DNA from: Lama glama
Lineage: Eukaryota
Assembly: GCA_028534125.1 (NCBI GenBank)
Contig: CM052817.1
Location: forward strand, 44,146,001 to 44,210,000
Direction of reading: 5' to 3'
Length of the DNA stretch: 64,000 nucleotides
Shown here one piece after another: positions 53,573-64,000 of this stretch. The number at the start of each line of letters is the position of its first letter. Positions within the stretch are counted from its first letter, which is position 1. The position numbers and the translations under genes were made by a program. A model generated the notes under the pieces. It did no database searches and was not told the DNA's origin. It worked only from the letters and a program-made list of their open reading frames with translations.

Positions 53573-54033
53573 TTAGAAAAACAGCATCTTTTTAAGTTTC
53601 TGGGAGAAACTGGGCTTACTATCTGGGAATGAGCAGTTGAGCAGTTAATTCTTGTTGCTAAGCAATATACATCAGCAACATTTAGAGTTACAAGTTCACA
53701 TCACTCAAGGCAGCGGAGGCCTGTGCATGCAGGACTGAGGGAAAATTAGCAAAATCTGCCGTAGTTTGGGACAGAGAGGCTAGATATGTCTTATATCAAA
53801 AAAGTTTGTACAAATTAAAAATCCTAATATTTGCAAGTTGTTTGGTCCTGTAAAATAATCTAGAAATACAATTAGAGTACTTGAAAATGGCCAAGTCCCA
53901 AAAGCTGCTGCTTTCATTTTGAGTTAGATGTGACCAGTCATTAGGGCAGAAAAGATGAAGCACAGGCTTAGGAAGCACGGCTTGCATCAAGGAGTTAAAA
54001 TGAAAGCTTTCTCTCACCATATTGATGAGTTTA

Positions 54034-54479
54034 CAGACCTTCCTCTACTTTTGACCAGTTTGCATCCTGATAAACTCATTTAGTTGAAAATACCTTAAGT
54101 TGAAAATGCGTTTAATGGACCTAAATCTTCCAAACATCATAGCTTAGCCTAATATACCTTAAACATGCTCAGAACACTTGAGTTAACCCAGTGTTGGGCA
54201 AAGGCATCTTAAAGCTTATAACAAAGTGTTGACTATCTTACGGAATTTATTGAATACTGAGGTGAAAACAATGGTTCTAAGTATCCGTTGTTTACTTTCA
54301 TGGTTGCATGGCTGACTGGGAGCTACCACTGCCCACCGAAACAGGAATATTCATAGCACATTAGCCCAGGAAAAGATCCAAATTCAGAACGGCCGTTTCT
54401 ATTGAATATGTATTGTTTTAACACCATCATAAAGTTTAAAAATCGTTAAGTCAAACCATCTTAAGTCAGGGACTATCTG
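54034..54479. mobile_element. MER47-like Tigger DNA transposon
   Basis: CAG...CTG ends with degenerate TIRs; internal aacatcatagcttagcct...ccttaaacatgctcagaacact typical of MER47. Confidence 0.8.
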
Positions 54480-56769
54480 CAGTGGTTTTTATGATGTAAG
54501 ACCTGTGTGTTGTACAGACGTAACTCTCCCTGTGCCATCTCTTGGTTATTGAAAAGGTGTCATAAGAGGTAACCAAGAGTCTCTTATTGGAGAAATTTGA
54601 GAAAAGCACACAACTCTTAGTATTTTAGTTTCCAGGAGCTTTCAAGTTAAGGCTGAAGCTCTCCCTTTCTCTTGACTCTTAAAAGTATAACCTTCATAGC
54701 AAATCAAATTCCAAAATTGACCTATTTTGTATTACACAACAGGAGGGCACTAGAACAGCATGGGCCCAGTGGTTTCTCGTTTCTCAAAAGCAGCTTAATT
54801 AATTAGGCAAGAGGACACTCCTGAAGGAAGGACAACCTTAAGAAACCACTAAAAAGCAACTTAGTGGGGGTGGGTTTTGCTTTCCAGACTACCTGCAACA
54901 ATTTGGCATGGAAAGGGCTTACCTTTTCTTTCACTCCCCAAATTTGCTGTATGAGGCATACAGAGAGATGAGTGCAACTCAGTGCACAGCTGCATCCCCA
55001 GCACCTAAATTAGGTCTGGTGCAGTATGTAGAATAAAAAGTATGGAGAGGGGTGGTGGGGAAGATGGAAGAATGGATGGGGATAAGGGGCAAGGAGAGCT
55101 AGAACTCAGCCCTTCAGAGTTCTAAAAGCATTGTGCAGGAAAGACATAGTAGCAGACTTTGTAGAATGTTATTGTGCACCCTCCCCCCAGACACATTTTT
55201 GTTTTTTTGACAGGAACCAACCTTATAATAGCCTCTGTTCTGTGTGCCATGATTTTGAAAGAAAGTTTCCATGGTAGACTGAAATGCCAATCAACTCATA
55301 GCACTGCAAGTAACCTTTGAGGCAGATGTGAAATCCACTTGTACCTCCCACGATGTTCCGCTAACAACCAAAAGATCTCATTTATATACAGCTACTTGTC
55401 AGAAAAGGAAGGTTGGAAGGGGAGGTGAGTGCATACTGAGGCTCACAATTAGTCTTTTCAGATTAACACATGCCATCTCTACACCAGCTCTGAGGATGCC
55501 AGCTGCTTGCTAGGGACTGATCTGAAAGCCAGATGGTATCAGTCACAAGGACTAGGGACTCAAGTACAAGGATCTTCAAAGTGAGCCACACTGCCAACAC
55601 TGTCAGGCCCCAGGGTGGAAGGATGACAGTCATCTGCAAAGCAAAAGGTTTTGCATAGAAATGTCATTTAAAATAAATTGAGCAAATTATGTACTTAATT
55701 TTTCAGATATCTAGAACTATCTACCTGAATGTTGGGCCTATGGTAGGCAGAAAATTAACCCCAGTAACTAAGAAGAAAGTTTAGGCACAGTTAATGGGAA
55801 AAGTGTGGCCAAGCATATGGGGAAGGTGACCTAATTTTATCTGCCCCAGCTCAGCGCATACTAATGCAGAAGATCAGATCTCTCCTTTATACATGTGCTG
55901 TGCCAATTTCAAATAGACTATCTAGACTACACTTTCAGCAATAAGGCAGAGTCTGTATCTGAAGTCAAGTAAGATTTTTTTTTTGCAGACTGTAAGAAGG
56001 AAAAAAAGCCTGTTACCATGGAAATAGGTTTAGATGACTCAATTCTTGCTTTTCAACAATCTAGCTTGGGATAAACAAATAATTTTTACTATTGACAATC
56101 AGCCCTGGGATGGTTTCATATCACTTAGTTGGTTAGCCAGGAGAACTTGAGAATCTACCAGTTTTATCAACACTTGAGAAAAGGAACCACCTGAAGCCAA
56201 ATGCCAAATCACCAGAGGATAGCTGTGCTCTTGACCTGTGATGTCCGTGATCCGCTTTCCCTAGATAACTGAACAGAAGCCAACCTACACATAATAATAG
56301 CCAGTTCCCCCACCCGTCCCATTCAGATGATTACTGTTACACTTCCTCCAACCTGAGGACTAAAAAGGGAATAGGAGCAATAGACTACACGTATCTTTAA
56401 AAAGACATAACTGCCTAATTTGATTTTTAAATACAGCTCAAAAAATGTCTATAATCTGCAGAATGTTTTTAAAATGATAGGGTAAAGTTGATATTAAAAT
56501 AGTAAAAAAATGAGTTTAAAAACAAATCCAATGATTGTACTTAGTAATTGCAGTGGTTTCACACAATAGAACGTTTGTGTTTAACTTACAAAACTGATAG
56601 TGTGTCATGCTGTAGCATCAGCTAAGGAGTTGGTACCCAGCCATCCACCCCACCAGATCACTGGTCACGTCACTAGCAGATTTCTGTCCTTACAGATTGT
56701 GGTGTAGTATGGAGGGGATGGCTCTTGATTCCTATGTTTTAATTATTTAATGGCTCAGGTGAATCTGAC

Positions 56770-56775
56770 TTTATT
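56770..56775 (-). terminator. SEPT11: Candidate distal SEPT11 poly(A) signal (AATAAA on minus strand)
   Basis: TTTATT on plus, ~1.75 kb downstream of the NFFFM stop. Confidence 0.45.
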
Positions 56776-58527
56776 GCATTTAATTATAGTGTCTAAGTAA
56801 AGAAAGCCTCCTGCCAGCATGCTCATCCGATTGCTGTATATAACCTCTTCCCAAGAGTCAAATAATTCAAGAGGCAGGGACTGCTGCTTCATTATTCCAC
56901 CTTTCAACAGAAGTTTGTTCCCATTCTTAAATGGAGGGGAACATTCCAAATGCAACGCATGCCATCAATGTCCACCTACCGCGGGGCTGCAAAAGGGTAG
57001 AAGGAAGCAAAGACTATTGACAAGTAAGGAAATTAAAAGGTAACTTAAATTGCATGTCCATGTTCTAATAAAATAGAAATGGATCTGAAAATTGTCCCTT
57101 GACTATGAAAACTGCCCCAAAGAGGTGACTGCTAATAAAGTCATCTAGACCTGAACCTCGCCTATCATCAACAGGTCAGCATTAGAAATCACAGACTCAT
57201 CTGGCAGAAAGAAGTGTGTGTGTTTGCATGTAGGTGTTGTTTTAAGTGATTTCCAGCAGATTTTTTTTGCAGACACTGGAGAAAGCCAACTGAGTAACTG
57301 GTAAATGTGGGTCAGAACCACTGTCAATGCTGCCGTTGTCTGGGACAGGATATGTACTTGCTCGGGGTTTGTGTCCCATGGTCCAGGACACAAAAACTCT
57401 GGACACAAGGTAAAGAAGAGCTTCACAATAAATAAAAAGGCAGGGATGGGCCAGAAAGTTGTTTTAAGGTACCTTTAAATATAAATTGAGTCCCAGAGGC
57501 AGAAAAGTCATCTACCCAACACTGGCACATTTTAAAAACATGATTAAGACTTGTAGGTCAAACCCCAGTGACAACACAGGGATTTTTTGTGTCAGATGAG
57601 GAGATAGCATCTTGAACAGAATTCTGACTTAAACGTCACTTAAATTTCCCCTTGAGCTTAAAACTGGCATAATTTTGATACCAAAACTAAGTTTGAATAA
57701 CCAATACATAAACCAGAACTGGCTACGTAGAAAAAAAATTTTTTTTTCCCAAACAGAATCCCAAACCCAAAAAAACTTATATAAGGGGTGCAGATAACAG
57801 AAAAAGAGTTAAATAAAACAACAGTGGTTCCTGAATTTAAAGGAAGGATGCCCACTTCTCTCTCTCAAGAGGCAGACGGTCAGCTGAAAAATAAAAACAT
57901 TGTATCAATAGAACACTCCAAATTTAAAAATTGCAGCCATCTTTGTTCATGCAATATCAAATGTTTAAAAGAAAAAATCCCAAACCTCAAAACAACCCAT
58001 AAAATTAACAAAAGGAAGGAGAATTGTTGCCCAGATCTCATGACCTGATTGATGGTTGAGGGTCCTGATGGGGCTGTTGAGAATGTCGCTCATGGGACAG
58101 AGAGGTCTGGAGTTAACATGAGATCAAGTTTGTGGACCCTCAGATTGGGGTACGTGCTGTCTTCAGTCCATGAGTTCTTGGGTCAGCAGCTTCAAGAACA
58201 TGACAGCTAAGCAAGAGGATCCCAGCACATGGCTACCTCGGGTTTTAGCCCAAGTTCTCTGTTTCACTCAATTTCCTTTTAAGTAGTATTATTAGGTATT
58301 ACTGGTTTTGGTGGTGAAAAGTCACTTTAGTAACCACTATGGGCAGTGGTTTGTAAACAAACATTGACAAATACAAACAGCAGTGCAATATTTGACCCAG
58401 ACTTTAAAAGAATAGGAGGCGATGGTGGAAATGAGGTAACTCTTCCCCAACACGTGTGAACAGACAGCTCCTGCTCTTCTAATGCTCTATGTCCATTAGG
58501 AGAGAGTAGGGCTTGTCAACAGGATGG

Positions 58528-58543
58528 TTACATAAAGAAGAAG
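58528..58543 (-). CDS. SEPT11: SEPT11 alternative distal terminal exon, coding (N)FFFM*
   Basis: Minus strand: cctctcttttttctcttctgtag|C TTC TTC TTT ATG TAA; strong polypyrimidine tract; same phase-2 entry as the other tails. Confidence 0.7.
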
Positions 58544-58934
58544 CTACAGAAGAGAAAAAAGAGAGGTTCAGATTCAAATTTGTTTCTTAAAAGACTTAAA
58601 AAAAAAAAGGAGCTTCTCTACAACGAACTGTGGAAGAATAGCAGTGTGTCAATTAAAGGGATGACTTCCTCGAGGGCAGCTGCGGGGAGAGCAGCAGCAG
58701 CAACGCTGGCAGCAGAGGCTGGGGAAGAAGAGGATGCCTCAGCTGGACCTGGGGGCAGTGGGGCGCCAGGGGACACTGATCAGAGCAGAAGGGGATGGGA
58801 ATGAGGGGGGAAGGGGGTAGAGAAGGTGGCAGAGACGCTGTGCGAAGTACAGGACACCACATGGCAAGCATCTTGGAGGAGTTGCTGCTGCCCAGATGGT
58901 AGCGTTTGAAGTCCAGACAAGGCAGGAAAGCACG

Positions 58935-61900
58935 AGACTCTTTCATCCCTATTTCTTTTATCCATTATAATAAGCAGGTGTACATTTGCATATCAAACAG
59001 TGACTAAAAAGAACTCACAAAAGGGCACACAATGTTTGGGTAAAAATATATTTTCCCCTACTTTATGTCTTGGCACTAGTGATATATGCATAGATTACCT
59101 GTCCACTCTCCTACCTTAACAGACACCAAGTTACTGAGCACGTTTGCTAAGTGATTACTTTCATACTTGAAAAAAAATGATATACTTCACAACAGTACAA
59201 TTATTTTAGTTTTTTAAAAAAGACAAGTGTCTAACATGCAGTTTACATATATGACAATTCTGCATTAACACTGAAAGTAGATTACATAACAGTTTTAAAA
59301 ACACATTGGTTATTTTCAAACAGCAAAATGACAATGATCTACAGCTACAATTTAAGGCAAATCAGGATATTTTAAAATTAAGAAATAGACAAACGTTCTA
59401 ATGCTGTTCACAGCTTAATTGTCAATTTATTTAAAAAATTCCCTTCATACCTACATACAATCTAGACTTTGTAGGTCATCATTTCCCCTAAAGAGTCATC
59501 ACACGTGTATCCTATCGATGGAATCAAGACTTCTGGAAGCTGAGACCTGACAACTTGAGACACTTGGAAATGGCAAAGCAAAGGGATCTGAATGGACAGT
59601 TTTGGTAGGACCACACAGAGACAGTATGACATGGGCTGGAAACAGCTGAAAAACTTGATTCAACAGTTAGTATATGAGACACTCATGGATATGTCAAGAA
59701 AGTGAGGAAACCAAGTCTATTTGATTGAGGTGCACAAGATAGGAAGAAGAAGAGTTAGTGCTGGTGAGATCACAAAGCAGAGAAGGAAAAGAAGTAAACT
59801 GTGCCCAGCCTCACGTTAAATGTTCCCCTGGTTGAGGTGCCCTTTCAGGACAAAAACCTTGGTTAATTGAAAAAGAGCCTAAGCTAGGAAAACATAGTCT
59901 CTCAACAGCCAGTAAATTCTCATAAATGCTTTTCCATCACCTCCTGCTGCACTTACAACAGTTAAGGGCATCTGAAGTCCAGAAGAAGCAAAAAGATGGT
60001 CATTATGGTTGAACAAAAGATGGGAGAGGCCAGCTAGTGTTATCTGGCCAAAAAAAAAAAAAAAAAGTGATCATTGCTGGTAGTTAGCTCCAGGGAAAGA
60101 CCATTAAACTAGATCACCAAAAAATGAAGCAGTCATCAAGGCAACCTAGCATAAAATAATTTTTCCTCTTGATTTTCCCCAGCGGAAGCTTTCTCATTCT
60201 AGCTTTATTTACACAGTGAGACCAAGGACCCTCTCCAATATCCAATGAACCCACAATGCTGTGTAGAACACAGACTGGGACTAGTAATTTCTGACTTCCA
60301 TACTGGTATCAAGGAAAAGTTGAATCTACGTGTTTCTTGTGAAAAAGATATAAATGTAGGCCATTTTGAATATATTTAGTTTTTTTTATTAAACAAAGGC
60401 TACTCAAACCAATACCTCCCTTTCCCCACTCTGGGGGAAAAAAATCCACCTATCCCATTTGTTTCTCTAATTTAAAAAGGTCAGAAAGATCTCAAAGGTT
60501 TCTTACTACCGTACTTACATGCAAAGGCGAAAGCACATCCAGTTAGATTTGAGGGTATCATTTATTCCGTGCAGAGCCAAGGACTACTGTGAAAAAAGGC
60601 ACAGATACAGAAAAAGAGAGGGCAGCAATAACAAACCAAACAGGGCCAGGGAGCGGGGGAAGAAAAAGTTCAGAAGCAATGAATTTTTAAAAAAAGCTGC
60701 TATCTGTCTCCTTTGACCTTTTATTCCCTGACTCTCCATATGATATATTTTGCTGTGAAAAATTTAATGGGAAAAAAAGGAATCAATCCAATCAACAATC
60801 TTGGAATCATAGAAAGTCAGCTGGATGCCTTTCATGGCTAGGCTCACTTTGAAAAGGCTGTAGTGATGCATGTAAAATGATCATTTTTCAAGTGATGCAT
60901 GTTTAGAATTTAGAAGTGTATTTTCTGTGACAAGGCACAAAAATGCTCACACAAGCAGTGGTTGGAACAAGCGTACAGCACACGGATTCAAGCTTCGGTC
61001 TGGTGCACAGCATCTGAGCAAATTCAGCCCCTGGTTAGACCCAGCATGCCATCTCAGCTTTGGCCACGCCACAGCCAGCTTCAGACTGGAACCAGTAAGA
61101 AACAAAAGCAAAAACAAAAACATTGCCCCGGTAGCTCCTAAGTCTGTCTTTACATCACTATTGCTGCTTCTGGTTTGCGGTTTCTGCAACAGCTTAGTTT
61201 CGGCTTCAATGAAATTGATTTCTGACTTTGCCTAATTAAGCCTAAATCAGTTCATGGAAGACCAGTCCTTCTTTCCCTAAGAGTGTGGTTGAGGATGAAG
61301 AGAAGTGGCGTGGGGGGATCTTTACTGGAATCAATTGCATACTTAGTAATTAAAAAAAAAACAAAGGTGTACGTATGTGTGCAGAGGTACAGCGTATTCT
61401 GTCCTACTTGTTTAACGTATGACTCATATAGGCCAAAAGGAAAACCAGAGGTGAAATACCAGGCTCATGAGAAGCGTTCTGCTTTCAAGAACGAAACAGG
61501 AGACGACAGAGTCAGAGAGAAAGCTGAGAGTATCCCATTATTACAGGGGAAAAAAATCAAGATGGTGAAAGGTTAAACCTCACAAATGAAAAGTACAGAA
61601 AAGAGATCAGATATGCCCTTTTCCGTACAAATTTGGCGTGCAGTCTGTGCCCTGGCACATGGCTAAGTCCCCCTCCTCGGTGATGGGGCGACAGGACTTA
61701 GACATGAACAGCAGGGGGTCCTGGAGAGGGAAAAGGGGAGGCAATTCCTTTGAGACAACTGGGTTGGAAAGACCAGTGGTTCTGTTCCGCCCTCTCTTTG
61801 TTGCCAAACATCAGAAGGAGACTAGGCAAGGAGGCTGGACGTGAAGTCGGATGTCTGCCGTCTCGACTCATGGGTTTGGGTACGTGTTTCTTTCCACTTG

Positions 61901-62914
61901 TACCTCATGGTCCCCTCAAATTGTGCTGCAGGTGATGCCGTTCATCACAGATTTGCTATTTTAAGTATTTCTGGAAAGTTTCTCCTCATAATTATTGAAA
62001 ATGTTCTTAGAAGCACTGTCACCCTGGAATCAGTCATGAGACCCTCCCCCTCAGCCTACTGAGAGCGAACTGAGGTGTGTTTATGAAAGACCGGATTTTG
62101 TAAAGTAATAAGTAGGTCGTGGAAAGCCCATCATCCTTGGTGGAAGATTCTCTGGCTAAGCCACGTTGTCTGATCTGACCCTGGAGACGGCTCTCTGTGA
62201 GAGGGTCAAGGGCACCCCAATAAAGCTGAACGTCATCCTGGTTTCCTTATTACAACCAGCTTGGCCAGGATTTGAGAGACGGGGGTTCAGACACATTTCT
62301 AAAGCCATTAAGAGGAAACAGTCTGAACAGACCCACACACAGGCCAAATAATGTTATCATGGTAATAAAAAACCCACACAAGGGTCAAGGTCAGGTAAGG
62401 CTCACCCACCGTTCTGCCTGCAGACAGAGCTACCTTGCTTGGGGCAGGTGTGGAGGAGAGACAGAGGGCATTCAGGGCCTTGGCCATCATGGAGATGAGT
62501 GATCAAGAAAAGCAACAGGTTGTCATGGCTGTCCAGGTTTATAGTTCAGCTGCTGAGGTGGTGAGAGGTTTTTCCTGCCAGACGTACATGGAGCAATTTA
62601 GCCTCCTCCCCTCAGTCCAAAGCCACATACGAGTAACAGGACAGGCGTGCTTCCTGCCGCCACTCTGAACAGGCAGACAAGGCAAACCATCGGCTTTCCA
62701 GAAACCCAGTCAGCAGCACATAGCTTTTGCTGCCATTCCCTTGTTCTATCATTTCCCACAACCCAACAACATTCAGCACAATGAGTTAATAGTTATATGG
62801 TGTCTGGGGAAGGGTGAAAAAAAAAATAAAAACAAAACAAAAGGACACAGATGGCAGAGATACAATATTACTGCAAAAGCAGGTGAATGCGGACCATCCT
62901 TGGCTTGCCAGGCT
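58935..62914 (-). other. SEPT11: Long SEPT11 3'UTR of the NASFT isoform (intronic in the distal isoforms)
   Basis: About 4 kb with no recognisable interspersed repeats after the TAA, U-rich on minus. End inferred from a GATAAA at 58957-58962. Confidence 0.6.
60562..60586 (-). CDS. SEPT11: SEPT11 alternative exon (60519-60586), coding (N)SPWLCTE*
   Basis: Minus strand: gccttttttcacag|T AGT CCT TGG CTC TGC ACG GAA TAA; donor CAT|GTAAGT at 60519/60518. Homologous to the SEPT6-group NPWLCTE tail. Confidence 0.8.
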
Positions 62915-62930
62915 TTATGTGAAGCTTGCA
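62915..62930 (-). CDS. SEPT11: SEPT11 terminal exon, coding (N)ASFT*
   Basis: Minus strand: long U tract ...taacttgcag|T GCA AGC TTC ACA TAA. Matches the human SEPT11 C-terminus KKNASFT as recalled, and SEPT11 lies tail-to-tail with CCNI. The rest of the gene is beyond the window. Confidence 0.85.
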
Positions 62931-64000
62931 CTGCAAGTTAAAAAACAAAACAAAAAAGTTAGAAATAATAATAAATTAAAAAGAAGGAAAATTAGGAGCG
63001 CCAGCACCAGCATTCGGTGATGGTGACTGCTCATGCAATGATTATGGGATTGACAGAAATTAAAACCAAACACTCGAGTAAGCTATTCTACATGACGAGC
63101 AAAAGCAAAATTTTAATACCGAATTAAAGAACACATGGTTAGTTTCCATCTGCATGTAACTGCAAATTCATGGGTGACTTCTTGAAACCACTATGTATTC
63201 TAGTGGAAGGATTTGTGGTCTGATTTTCATCTTTTCAAGTAACACAAAACCATTATCGGTTAGATTTGGGCACCACGTTGGTACTGAATAGGAGCTGCAT
63301 CTTCTATGTCTGAGCTGCTGGAGTCAGAGAATAAATACACAATAAATGTCTTTGAACAATTAACTTGGGGATTGGAATAGAGTGGATGGAGGGCATGCTA
63401 CTCATCTACTTGGGGTGGCGGGAAAAAGGACGATCATTATGTGGTTACAGCAAGAGCAGTGCCAGGAGACGCCCCCTCTTAGGTATAAAGCAATGCCAAA
63501 TCCAACACCCACACGTCTAAGATTAGGCAAGTCCAAAGCATGCAACTTCATTCCTTAGCAAGAATCAAAATATTTTTTTAAAAAAGAAAAGATGAGTGGA
63601 TGGTTGTGTAAAGTATAGTTATCAGATGCCAGGTACAATGACAGATTTTAAAACTCTCTTTTGGAATGGATGCAACTTGCCTGCTGGCCACTGTGCAGCG
63701 TTTTCAGCAAAGATGAACACTGTCTACTGAACAACTTACCCTCGGGCAGTCCCACCACTGAGGTGTAGCCGCAAACAAGGAAAGTGACTTGGTGGCCAGA
63801 GATGGCAGGAGGTGGGGTCCAGCTAATGGCAGTGCCAGGGTTAGCCCTAGCTTGTCTGTAATCTTACGAAATGTTATATGCTCTCATGCCACTAGAGGTC
63901 AAGGAGAAGTACAAAGCCTTACCTACGTTACAGAGGGAGCATGTCAGTAGAATAGAAAAAACAGAATTTAAAACTATTAGAAAAACTCAGTTCAGCTCTG

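Noticed and set aside
61424..61478. Potential SEPT11 acceptor giving a hydrophobic tail KTLLMSLVFHLWFSFWPI*
   Set aside because: Purine-rich bases just before the AG and no recognised paralogous tail; too weak to call.
63888..63903. CTCF-like CCACTAGAGGTCAA
   Set aside because: Mismatch in the near-invariant GGC core.
1..64000. CRISPR arrays, prokaryotic defence systems, operons
   Set aside because: The sequence is intron-containing mammalian DNA with no repeat-spacer arrays or gene-dense ORF blocks.

Overview
This is mammalian genomic DNA, most likely camelid: three copies of a vic-1-like tRNA-derived SINE are present. The window holds the complete cyclin I gene (CCNI, + strand). It has a CpG-island promoter, a non-coding exon 1 (~22460-22988) and six coding exons (30003-50270) that splice through GT-AG introns into an intact 377-aa ORF; the poly(A) signal is at 51382. 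Convergent on the minus strand are the 3'-terminal exons of SEPT11, with alternative phase-2 tails NASFT, N(S)PWLCTE and NFFFM. The left ~21 kb is repeat-rich intergenic DNA (degenerate ERVL provirus with nested insertions, LTRs, L1, DNA transposons) with a 500-N gap. Top leads: (1) a spliced 60-aa acidic upstream overlapping ORF spanning CCNI exons 1-2, missing from the ORF track; (2) an exon 3/intron 3 RNA hairpin enclosing the R75 codon, a known A-to-I editing site; (3) a menu of SEPT11 C-terminal exons, including a candidate Cys-rich tail; (4) a tiny young retrocopy with a perfect 17-bp TSD that carries old L1 sequence. No prokaryotic systems, CRISPR arrays or genuine RNA genes were seen. 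All human comparisons and repeat-family names are from memory, not database searches.
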